Source: Phoronis australis (Eukaryota > Animalia > Phoronida). Taken from it: a DNA stretch of 64,000 nucleotides. Shown here in pieces: positions 1 through 12,100 of the stretch. A program made the position numbers and the translations under genes. Position 1 is the first letter of the stretch. Every line of letters begins with the position of its first letter. The stretch covers positions 10,632 through 74,631 of the forward strand of contig NMRA01000536.1 in the NCBI GenBank assembly GCA_002633005.1, written 5' to 3'. The notes beneath the pieces were generated by a model, which saw nothing but the letters and a program-made list of their open reading frames with translations, had not been told where the DNA came from and made no database searches.

Positions 1-679
1 GACATTAAGAAAAAGAGCATTTCCATTTTAATTCTAGTCAGCAAAGTTTCACGTCTTTGTCACAGGTTAATTGCCTCGCAACTTGGCCAGCGTTTCGTGT
101 GAGCGGACAAAGTGTAACCTCATTACTTAACTGCTGACCTGCCATCTGTGCTATGGACCATGGGTGCCTGCATTATTTTTTAAAATGNACAAAATGTTGG
201 GCCCCCCCTTGTAATATCCTAGATCCGCCACTGCCTCATCAACTGAAATTCATTAGAAATGCTTCCCTATGATTGAAATCTATCCCTAAACGCGTCACGC
301 GCGTAACACGCCCAGGCGTGGCCCTTTCACCATAATTTACGTTGAAACGTACGTATCCGTGTGACTGCCCCCATCCCGCTGGGAGGTACCAAGACCGCGT
401 TACTGTACCTTCAGGGACGAAGAGTGATGGTTCAGGCAAACGTTTGAAATGAAAATGGGCGCCAAGTGTAAGCCTACGTGCGTTGTTTACTGACATTAAG
501 AAAAAGAGCATTTCCATTTTAATTCTAGTCAGCAAAGTTTCACGTCTTTGTCACAGGTTAATTGCCTCGCAACTTGGCCAGCGTTTCGTGTGAGCGGACA
601 ACAGTGTAACCTCATTACTTAACTGCTGACCTGCCATCTGTGCTATGGACCATGGGTGCCTGCATTATTTTTTAAAATG
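1..679. repeat. Near-identical duplication (1-187 = 492-679) next to an N at 188; probable assembly/haplotype artefact
   Basis: Copies are identical except a 1-nt indel; the first copy ends at the N. Confidence 0.85.
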
Positions 680-1124
680 TATGTGTATAGACGTGACGTC
701 ACTGGATTGCATGTCCATACGATTATGAAAATGTGGACATATAATACACGGATTTATAAGAAGGGCAACGTAATAACAACACCCGGGACAACGCAAGTGG
801 GTTTAATGTCCCCTTACGGACTCGATCTCAAATAAAAAATCGACCGTCACGGCGTTGCGTTTTGCCTCCTCCCTTGATACATCCTAAATCCGCCAATACT
901 CATATTCCAGATTATTCGGTTTCTCCGGTCATTGTTGAATTATACCATGCACAAAAACAATAAAACATTCGTTGCATCAAAGAAAAAGATACTAACTACG
1001 CAACTTCTCCTGAAGTCACCGATTACAAAACACGCAACAGCTAGGCCTTCGACACTTAATTCCCAGCCCCGCACCCTGGTTGCAAGCTGGTGGTCGACGG
1101 GTCACCCACAGTCCTAACAATAAA

Positions 1125-1425
1125 CAGTGGCGGATCCAGGAATGATGCCATAAGGGGGGCCAACATGTTGACTCGTGGAATTGGGCAAAGCGCGAGTGTA
1201 TGTGACGCCTGAAACTAGAGTTGCGGGGGCCGGGATGTGAACCTTCTGTTCGGAAATCTGGAACGCTATTCCGCCGCCGCCATCTGTCCCCCCATCCGCT
1301 ACCGGACCTACTAAGTTACTGAACTCAATATTTCCTCACGTTTCAGGCTTTTGCTGTTTTTGCTTGCGGCAGCCAAAGGTGGGGGAGGCAGGCTTCCTGC
1401 CCTGTCCCCCCTAAATCCGCCTACG
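1125..1425. mobile_element. MITE-like non-autonomous DNA element; related right ends at about 198-233 and 870-897
   Basis: Imperfect terminal inverted repeats cagtggcggatccagg ... cctaaatccgcctacg with sub-terminal G/C runs; ATAAA on both flanks is a possible target-site duplication. Confidence 0.6.
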
Positions 1426-1539
1426 ATAAAACACTAAGCACTTGTCCGTCTACAAATAACTTGGTGTGCCTACATCTCCGTAAGTTTTTTTAAATTTTGC
1501 TCATTTATAATGAACTCAGCGGATCGACAATTCCGCATG

Positions 1540-1602
1540 AACAACAACTCAAATGACAGCCCAAAACTAAAAACAGCCTCAGATGTGTCAATTATTTTTA
1601 TT
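1540..1602 (-). terminator. Candidate distal polyadenylation signal with downstream GU-rich element
   Basis: Minus strand reads AATAAA (1602-1597), then tgacacatctgagg, then ctgtttttagttttgggctgtcatttgagttgttgtt. Confidence 0.5.
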
Positions 1603-4600
1603 ACTAGACTCTCTTAGCAGTGCCTATAGTGACTTCGACCATGCTCTTACAATATACGACAAAATTACAGTGCACACAATACTTAGACGAAGAACATATA
1701 TGGAATTATTCAGTGAACAATAATGGAATTTATGATTACTGGAAACGTCTCGCGTGCACTGGATAAAAGCACTCGAATCGTCAACTACGGCTTCCAGCAA
1801 TAGTAACATCGACTAAAACATCTACAGCTACTCTAACTTCGTTTGGACCATATACATATTGCCCTGTGATAGACGTGGAGAGAAGAACAATGAATGTCAT
1901 TCGACTCACGATCTTTTTAACCCAGTACGTGACAGATCACTCATCCACTTCACAAAACATGTCTATAAGACCACGACGTACAACTTCATACTAGTACTCA
2001 CATGCAGCACCACATCTTTGAAAATGATGACCATTTACAACAATCACTAGTAATTCACAAAACATATTAAAATACCATCAGATCAAACTTAACTGATAGT
2101 GAAAAAAGCTCCCTTAGCAAATTGGCAAGAAGATTGGCAGCCTCTCAGTAACCTTGGCACATTTTGATTAAGAGTAAATCATTGACCTCGACAAATGTAT
2201 TGCAAACAGGCAATTGACACTTACTGAGTACCACACTTGGAAGACGCAACTGACAAAAGCAGTACAGTTCAAATTGGCACTTTTGCGGTTATGAGGAATT
2301 TGCATACAACGAAACAGACATGAAAATAATGCTGCAAAACCCAAGCACAGAACAGTCAGTTTTGACTGCATACTCACTAAGAGGTTAACAGCGAGCACCA
2401 ACGGAAAAAACGCAAGTTGCACACAACTGCACTGCTCAGTAATTATAGACTACTATGAGGCAGTTGACAAGATCCATCATATAAATCAAGATTGACAGCT
2501 TGGGTTACACTGATGCAATATAACATCTAAAAATATAATACCTGAAATCAATTCTACAAATGGAAGACAATGATTTTGTTGATTAATCATCGACTTAGTT
2601 GTGACAAACATGACAAAGTTTAAGTTAATCTCAGTAACAATAAAAATGGAAATATTGCGCAATAAATTTGGCACATGCACGAAATACAGCAGTATGGGCA
2701 AATAACTAACCCTAATACACAACGTGGTGTAGAAACAAAAGCACCATACAATCAGTGGCTGAACTGGGAAACTAAGTATCCCAAACACAGCATTCTCTCT
2801 AGGTTGCCGAAGCCTTCAACCTATAACAAAATTTTAATACAAACTTACAGCTCTACATCTACCTCTTAACACTATCTGTACATCCATTTGGCACATTGGA
2901 GAATCTGAAGTAAACTGTGACCAACATGCAAATCGAGAAATTCCAGACCACTAGGAAATGAAATTCTTCAATGACCCAGTTATCCTCACAGGAAGATACT
3001 TGTTGAACAGACCATTTGCAAGTTTCCAAACTAAGCAGAAAAATGGGACAAAACCGCCACCACAACTTTGCAAATGCAAAACCTGCATTTGGACTTACAA
3101 GCCTCAGGTGAATTGGCTTGTGCAGTAACAATTTAGCACCATGGCGCAGGGAGGTGGAACAAAAATACACCTCGCTTCCTATCTCGTATCAGGTCTGTAT
3201 GTAGACATTGTTCCATGTGGACTGTCTCCTGATTTGCAGGTTTCACAAAATACTAAGTGTTTTGATTTAGACATGCATTACATGGTACAAGTAAAACAGT
3301 ATGTCCTAAGTAATTACGCAAATAATATCACAATTCAGGGGAGTACGTACAATTCTTTCTGGTGAGGTAGGCACCAGACACCACTGGAAGAAAAGCAAAA
3401 CATATGGCTTCACTAACCTAGAGGCATTAAGTGAGCATTGTGGATGGCTATGTCAGGCAGCATCTGACCACAGGCAACTGACTAAAACTGGAACCTTGGG
3501 CCATATTGCTGCGGCTCAACCTCGAGTACCCACCACAAACACTTGCCTGCATGGTAGCAACGCCCCCTAGAATCCATGACTTAAATAACAACTAACTACC
3601 AAGCTATAACATCCGCAGCACAATCGAATCAGTGACTGCCAAGACAATCTCAGAGATCTAATACCTAAACTATAAACAATAACACACTGAAAAAGAATAC
3701 ATCCACAAATTCTTGCTATGTACAACTATTATGCCATTCACGTAACATGTCATGGTATCTTTCTTACATCCATTCTACACTGTACATCAAGCCTCTTTCC
3801 TGCCATGAGATAAGTCAGATCAACATCTATAAACGCATCCACACATTAATGACAGTCTAAAACTACCTCGCTCATAATAAGACATAACCCAAATGACAAC
3901 GGGCAATAGCAAAATTATTTAGTCAAGCTCCTGAAATTCATTAGTTGTCATGGAAATTGTTGACACGATAGATCACCGCACATGTAAAAGTTTGCATCTA
4001 AAATGCAGATAGAATTTAAGACACTGCTGGCAGCAAACTACTAGAAACAATCCAACTTTGTAAGCTTTAGAGCACGTGGTACAATTAGGATGAATTTAAC
4101 ATTATGACCTTTGAACTAGCGTTGTTTCATCAGGAACAGCAGCATTCAAATGATTCTAAAGGATTAGGATTTCCCAAACACATCGAAGTGAGCAAGCAGA
4201 AAGACCACACAGACACGCACTGTATAATTGTGTGTGGTTAAGGCTATGGTAAATCTAAACTTTCAGTTTATTTAGTTCCAAAATAGCAGACTAGTGAAAC
4301 TTTATTGAGCTGTTATTTCAAAATGAAACAAAGATTAGCAATATTGTACTGTACACGAACAATGATGCTTGTAAAATTTTCTTGATTATCTACAGCTAGG
4401 TAATCGACATTTGAAAAGCACAAGAAAATTGTAAATTATTTTTTCACCTTAATAACGTAAAAGTGGCTACAAACCTGCCTTCCATCACTAAAGCATTTGA
4501 ATTAAACCACATACTATCATAAAATTGGTTTTGCGTTGTTCCTCAGTCAAATTGGAGATGATTTCACATCTTAACAGTTCACTATTGCTTAAGATGAGAC

Positions 4601-6014
4601 TACTATTCAGCTTGTCATGGCAAGTCATTTTACGTGACAAGTATGGTCTCAATGAAAAAATGTCTTTTCTTTGCAAACCCAGACATTATTCTCATCTGAG
4701 TAAGGAACTAGTTGAAACAACTTCCATAGCTTTAAGTGGTCTACCATTAAATGCTCACTTCTTAAACGGTATGCGGGTTTATAGTCAGCTTAAGAATTAC
4801 CATAGATACACAAGCAAATATTAATATATGCACACATCAGTCCTTGTGATTAATAAAATGTACATCAACGCATGTTCAAAATATAAATGATAAACAACGC
4901 AATAAAATTATCCACACCATGTGATTGTTTCAAGCAATTCCATTCATTTGGGCGAACACACGGTTCACCTGATTGTTTCAAACACTTGATTGCTTAAGAA
5001 AATGATTGTGCACTTTTACGAATTACTTCAGACTATCTTTCTTGGTGTTCAAATCATACCAGCAAAAAGCAATGTAATTAAAGAGTTTGAACACATTGGT
5101 AAGTATGTTACGAAAGGACAAGTGAGGCAATAATAATAATAAACCAGTCCAGTTTAGAAATGAACGTCAGAAAAATAACAAATACATAATTCATAGGTGC
5201 AATAATATACGATAAACAAGACTAAAGAAAACATCCATTCGAATGTTACATAGCTATCATTATAACATCATAAAACATATCTTAAAAAGAAACAAAAATA
5301 ATTTTCATCCTTAACGTGAACAATATAAAATAAAGATGTGCACCTCTAACTAATTTTGCTTTCTTTTCTATGCTTTTAACAAAACATTAGAAATAGTCAC
5401 TGAGGCACAATACTGATGCCCAACCTGTGCGAAAACACAGTGCCCAGTTAGCGAATGTCTCAACTTTTTGTGGAATAATAACAAAACATCTCAGCTTTCC
5501 TAATCTGTGCGACTAGTAGTGACACCTATAATAGTTATCTTGACGTGAACTAACTGCTTTGCATAAAAACTCAGTGCAAGTCATCCTATAGTTTTACAAA
5601 GCAATTCACATCAACTCAAAGAAGGAAAACATGGAATTCAGATTTCCGCACACTACCCAGAAAGTCGCCTTCACAAGTTGCCACATAGCATTAATCTCAT
5701 GATTGGTCAAATCAGGTATTATAATGGCTGTGAAGAAGCCAAAGGTTTGTGCAAACGGCGTGTCCATTCAGACATTTTAGAACTTCGTCGGCCACGATCT
5801 ATATTGCACCGTCAGAAGGTTATTGCACCTTACAAGGGGTTCAATAATTGAGGAGATCCACGGATCAAAAATAATTGTTTTTTCCTGTTGTGTGTCAAGT
5901 TAGTGTATGCAATAGAACGTCCAACTCTGATTTGATCAATCACACAATCAATACGGCAAGATATTAGTAAGTACAAGCTTCCTCTCCAGGTACATGTTGC
6001 CAGGTCCTTATTGC
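1580..6014 (-). other. Inferred long 3'UTR of ZEB (about 4.4 kb)
   Basis: U-rich on the minus strand, no credible ORF, many miRNA seed matches in the sense orientation, ending at AATAAA (1602-1597) followed by a GT-rich tract. Confidence 0.55.
4267..4306 (-). terminator. Two candidate proximal polyadenylation signals
   Basis: tttatt at 4267-4272 and 4301-4306 on plus, i.e. AATAAA on minus. Hexamers alone are weak evidence in AT-rich DNA. Confidence 0.3.
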
Positions 6015-6109
6015 TTATTCAGAGTCACCAATCTCCTCACCAGCCTCTAGAGCTGCTTTCATTGGTTTGCAGTACTTGTAGCGGTGGTTCATGTGTTGAC
6101 TATATGAAC
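6015..6109 (-). CDS. ZEB: ZEB last coding exon ([31 protein letters not shown])
   Basis: Acceptor ttgtctgcag|; completes the last finger; stop TAA at 6017-6015. Confidence 0.95.
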
Positions 6110-9100
6110 CTGCAGACAAATTCATATTGCTTTAGCAACAAATTTGCAGATGGAATTTGTTATGCTTTAACGACAAATTTGCAGATAGAATTCACAGCTT
6201 TCATGATAAATCTGCAGACAGAACTCAGAATGCCAAAAGAATCTTCAGATGGAATTCATATTGCTTTAATGACAGATCCACGAATTGATTTCATATTGTT
6301 TTCACGACAAATCAGCATACAAAATTCATATTTGCTTTAGTGACCAATCTATAGATGGAATTCAGACTGCTTCTGTCTTTCAGATAGAACTCATATTACT
6401 TTAATGGCGAATCTGCAGACGGAATTTGACTTAAGACAAGACAAATAGTTTGTCACCAATAATGTATCGTGAAATCTCTAAAGCGAAAAATTGGCTCACA
6501 TTTTCTGCTCTCCAAAAGACGATGCATTATACCTTTAATTAGCCAAGCATGCTTAATAAGACCAAATATTGCATCTACTGAACAAACTCCATGTGTCACC
6601 GATGTTACTGACCTGAATGACTGAACCGTTTGCCGCACTTCTTGCACTCAAATGGCTTCTCACCACTGTGCAGGCGTCTGTGCTCCGTGAGATGATGTTT
6701 GTGCTTGAATGCCTTCAGGCAGATGTCACAGTTAAAAGGCCGGGCACCTGCAGATGGCAGCACCATCAATGTCATATTTTGTCATGAATTTCCCATTGGT
6801 TTCAATACAGGGCAAAGGGCGACAGCCACTTACAGAGGTACGGGATTTTGAGAAGCAAATTGATGCTTGTTACTGATTGCGAATAAAACTGGCTCTCAAA
6901 ATACGCGACCACAGTAAGTGACAATAGCCATACCAGACAAGGAACAATTGTCCACTGCCGATTTTCAAAGTCAGTTATAAACTTAAGGAATAAGAACTTA
7001 ATGTCTTAACCAGGAGCTCCTCAGGTTTGTCATTCACATTCTAAAGTGTTGATGGTGATCATAAGTGTACACCAAGGTGATAAATGACGCGTGTATCATA
7101 AGATATCATTATGTTGTAAGGGAACATCCACAGGTTTCAGACGCACACAAAAGTGACCTCTACAAACTTGCTAATGAGCACAACTTGTCTGGTTAACAGT
7201 TAACAAAATCTCAATATTAAATAATCTAATTCAGTGCCGAGAATAAGGTACAAGAAATGCAAGACTATTTTAGTGATCCACGAAACTTAAGAGAGTCAGG
7301 CATGTGATTTACCAGAATCTACAATAGTTTTCAAAATAATCTCAAATCTGGAAAACACTGAAACTTGACAAAGTTTCAACTCACTTAACCACGACTAAGT
7401 GACAATTTATTTTAGTCTAAAATCCATTTCAACTCTGGCTAAATCTCGACAAAATAATGACAGGTATTAATACATCTGGTGCACAGGACAATAGTGGCAC
7501 ATTTACTGACAAAAGTTTGATGTCATCACTTTTTTAGCCAAAAACAGCCAAATAATTTTAGTATGAAGCATGTACAAGTTTGACAGACTCCAACAGTGTT
7601 CTATCAAATCTGTCTACTTTATTTTGATAACTAATATTATACGTAATTCAAGTATTGATGATAACGAGTAAACACTCCCCGGCACTTACCAGAGTGTTCG
7701 TATTTGTGCCGTGCTAGCGAGCTCTGTTTGCTGAACATTTTGTCGCACTGGTCGCATGCGTACATGCCTTCGTCGATGTCCACACGGTGCTGCTTCCAAG
7801 ACTTGCGCTTCTTTTTCATTGGCTGGTCATCAGATGTCAATGGACTGTCAATAAATTCTAGCTCTGCCTCCTCAGACTCCATCTAACAGGGAATGCATGA
7901 GAATTAATTTAAGGAATGAGATCAGACAAACTTGAAGAGCATCTCACTTCTAACTACATCTGGGATAAACAGCATAAGATGCCAAGAAAAAAAATGTTAG
8001 AAATCAGTCTGTTCCAATGCAATTGTCAAGGTATAGGAACCGCTAGCACCAACACTTAGGAAAGCTGATCTAAATTTCTTTTTGAGTTAGCATGGCAATT
8101 ACTTCAAATGAAACTATAATGAAGAGTGGAAGATAACTGGAATTGTGTACCGGGAATTGCTTCAAACAACAGAGTAGTTTTGATATTTGAATTTGAAAAA
8201 TAATCCACTCTGGACAATTTACTAAACAGGAGATTTTGCAATGATAAAGCAAACCTATTTTAAAATATAATATTCAGCATTCAGTATCTTACAATAGTTA
8301 CTCCACTTAGGCATAATATAATATTAATAATTACCTGTTTCCATGATTTCTTTCTTTGTCGTCGCAATTTCAACTCAAAAGGATCTTCCTCCATGGTTGC
8401 ATCACTCTCACCACCAGAGGGTGCTGGAGAGTTGGAGTAACTTCGTCGATGCGTGATCGGGTTGTTCTCGTGGAACTTCCTGTCTAAGAGCTTGACAGTG
8501 TCGTGACCGTTGGTCAATCCCGCGAACTGTCTTGGAGGAGTCGACTCATTGTTGCTTTGAGGCGAGCTGGTGTTACTGCGCACGAACATCCCTTCCTGGC
8601 GCATGTACTTGAAAATGGCTGAATCCTGGAAACGTTTCATATCCTGCAGCTGCTCATGGATCCTGGACGACACAGATTTCTGGCTCAGGTTTAGAGCGAG
8701 GTGTTCTCCAATTTCCGGTGGGCCTGTCTTCTTGGACAAATCAAGAGGCTGCATCTGCTCAGGGGCTGGCTGTTGGAATGGAGCCATCGGCAACGTGGTG
8801 TCGGGGGAAAACTGATGGTGTTGGGTTGCGTAGTAAACCATGCCCTGTGGAATGCTCTGCGGGACATAGGGTTGAGGGACGACAGGAATGTACGATCCTT
8901 GCTTGGCCACGCTGTTGGCAATACCACCATTGGCTGTGCGGTCGCTTGGCTGTGTGAGCTGCTGAGCAGCCATGTTGGAAAAGTACAGCAGGTTCTTACC
9001 GTGACGTCGGTCACGCGCCCGCATGTTTTGGAACCACACCTGTACAACTCGTTTCGGATAGCCAACCTTGTTTGCCAATGTGAGCAGCTCAATTTTCCTC

Positions 9101-12100
9101 GGCCTAGGATTTGACTGATAGTACGTCTTCAAGATGGCCAGCTGCTCCTCGTTGAACAAGGAGCGACTACGGCAGCGTCCATTTTGCTCTTTGTCGTTGT
9201 CATCGTCGTCATCTGAGGTCATCGGAGTAGAAGTTTGCGTAGAACATTCTGACTTCTGTTCAGTGCTATCTGAGCCCTTGTGCATGACTTCGGCGCTTTT
9301 CTTGCAGAGATATCGTTCGTGCTGATGCAACTCAACTGGGCTTTTGAAGCTCTCGTAACAAAAACGGCAATACATACGTTCTTCATTGGAGCTTTCCATC
9401 TTGACAGAGTTGGCAACTGGCATTTCCTCTTTGATGAGGCTGGAATCTGGACTTGGGCTCGTCATCTCGCTCTTGACTTCTGGCATTTTACCATTTGTGG
9501 GAGACGTCAGCTTACTGAGTCCCACCTTGTCCTTCTCAGCTGACAGTCGCTCCTGCTTTGACACAGTGGCACCGGCAATTTCCAGAACCTTCTTCACATG
9601 CTTGGTGGGACTTTCGCTCTTCAATGGATTTGGAGAAGTGGGCTGCACACTTGGTGACTTCTTTGGACTCATTTTACAGTCCAGCTTGTCTCTAATGGTG
9701 GCTGTTGCGTCGTCAGGTTTGGTCAAGCCGTGCAAGCCTGAGAAGTTAGGAAACATAGCATTGGCCATGGAGAAGGGTAAGTAAGGAAGAAACGGCGGAC
9801 GCATGCCATTGAACTGGGCAACTCTTGCTGAAATCTGCGCTGCTGTGCTGAATGGGATGTACTGGGCGGCGTAGTCTGGGAAGGTGCTGGCGTAGGAAGT
9901 GGCCAGCTCACGGGTAATATTGTGCTCAAGCGATGACTTTTCTCCCGCTGGCTTCTTGGCGGCCATGACAAAGCACTTCTTTGAGGTCATGTGACTGCTG
10001 AATGACCCCGAGTGGCTGAAGCGCTTGCCACAGTTGGGGCACTCAAAGGGCTTCTCCCCAGAGTGGATGCGCACGTGTTCCTTCAGGTGGTGCTTAAACT
10101 TAAATGCTTTGCCGCACTCCATACACTTGAACTTACGCAAATCCGAGCTCTCGTTGTGACTGATCATGTGACGCTGCAACCGGTAGACATTGGCAAACGT
10201 CTTGCGGCAGACTCCACACGACTGGCATGTGGGAGAGTGCAGTGCCAGGTGCTTGTCCAGCTGAGACTTGAGCGTAAAGCCAGCACTACACTTTGGACAC
10301 ATGAATCGGCGCACAAGCTCTGGGTGCGATTGCTTGATATGATCGCGGAGAAGGAAGAGTCGTTGGAAGCCGTGCTCGCAGTGCGGACACTTAAACACGC
10401 AGACGCCGTTGACCATCTCTTTGTCGTGTTCATCTGAAATGCATCAGAAACGCAAACTGACATTTTTGAGGGACTGAGCAAACACCTTGTACTCAGACTC
10501 AGAATTGTCATCTCATCAATTGTGAAAAATTCAAAAGACAACTGCGATAACAATGATAACAGTTGTTAATTCAAAAAATAAACTTTGTTGCTGCAATATG
10601 ATGAAGTTGAGAAACTATTTCAATATTACAGAAAAAGGGGAAATCTGAAGCTGCAATTTCAGGAGCAATGACTGAACCTTTGTGTTCCAGAGTTTGTACT
10701 TAAATTTGAAGAATAACAGGTGAAGCAATGGTTTCTTCATTATACAGCAATTGATAATCTATGCTTTTTGATGGTCTAAAATTTAGACAAGTACTTTCAC
10801 AAAATCAGTTTGAACTGAAGAAGTACGTGTATCAAAGGAAAGGTACAAAAGGTTCAATAGATCACACTTCCTGCGAAAATGAGCAGCAACAACATCATAA
10901 CCGACAATAACAACGACATCCACCACTGACCTTCCTCTGTCAAGCCAGAAACAGAGTCCTCTTGGTCGCTGGTGGGTTCAGGGAATATCACGGCGGTGTC
11001 GGTGCGGTTCAGCAGTTCAGATATGTTCTCCTCCTCTGACGTGACATCTCTCTCGTTGGCGTCAGACGTCGTAGTGTTCTCTTGGGATTGTGCTAATGAA
11101 AACCATTAGTGATAAATATGTTACGCAAGCAACTTAACTGTTTGGAATCCGGATTGAATCTCATTAGTTGATCACTGATCAGCCAACAGTTAGGAGTGTA
11201 GCACATCAAAAGCTTCAGCCACAGAAGTGATAAAGGCAAACATTTTACAAATTTGGACTTTAAAATCAATTGCTGAATTCGACATTATATATTTTCGAAA
11301 GCTTACTGCTGCAAAAGCTTAAACATTTACCAGATATTCTTCAATTACCGCTGTACAGTGGAAACAATGCCAGCAATGAGGTAAAACTTTATAAAGGTTA
11401 TGTAGAATGTAGGACACTAGAAAACATTTTCAAATTTGGCCAACCTCCAGACATCACGCCTTACAACTGGCTGATCAGATTCACACAGAACTTTGATCAC
11501 ACTCTGCTTTATTAAACAACGCACTTCAAAACATTGTTAGGAATTGTCTTCAAGATGTTGCACCTTTATGTGATGGGTTGTAAAAATTCACAAAGTTCTA
11601 TGACTTTCATGAAAGAACTTAGAAGTTGCATAAAACAAAAATAACATATTTAGAAAACAGCGTTTACTCTTGAATTAATTTCCATCAAATATAATTTGAA
11701 CATGCCCTTGGTGCCATTGTTGAAATGCTATCAACGTATCTTTGTGCTATATTTTTGTTAAAGACATGCGCATGTGACCAAATAAATGGCAAATTGCTAA
11801 AAAAGCCAAAATCTAATTCGGCAGGCTTCCTACATTAAGAAAATATATACTTTCACTGAATTAAAAATGTATAATTTTGCAGATACTTGGCTTCATACAC
11901 ACACTTTTCGATAGTGCTCTGCATAACCTCAATTTGTTGATCAGTCTTGTTCAAATGAAATTCAACTTCAGCCATGTTGTGCAACCAAAGAATTTATACT
12001 TTTACTTTCAGACAGTAATATTCCCCATCTCTACAAATTTAGGCAAGACTAACATTACATCATAAACAGTGACATGGCTGTCATGGCACACATTACCAGA

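Noticed and set aside
6011-6340. 109-aa plus-strand ORF with repeated NLQ motifs
   Set aside because: Antisense of the last exon plus translation of the minisatellite.
6110-6430. CRISPR-like periodicity of about 35 bp
   Set aside because: Head-to-tail degenerate units with no unique spacers, eukaryotic intron, no cas genes.
8281-8334. C-terminal tail [17 protein letters not shown] of the 711-aa ORF
   Set aside because: Read-through into the intron past the CAG|gtaatt donor; the spliced product continues in exon 5. The same applies to the KCRGVF... tail of ORF 7637-7882.
8570-10553. Several overlapping ORFs on both strands
   Set aside because: Shadow frames of the GC-richer ZEB exon 4.
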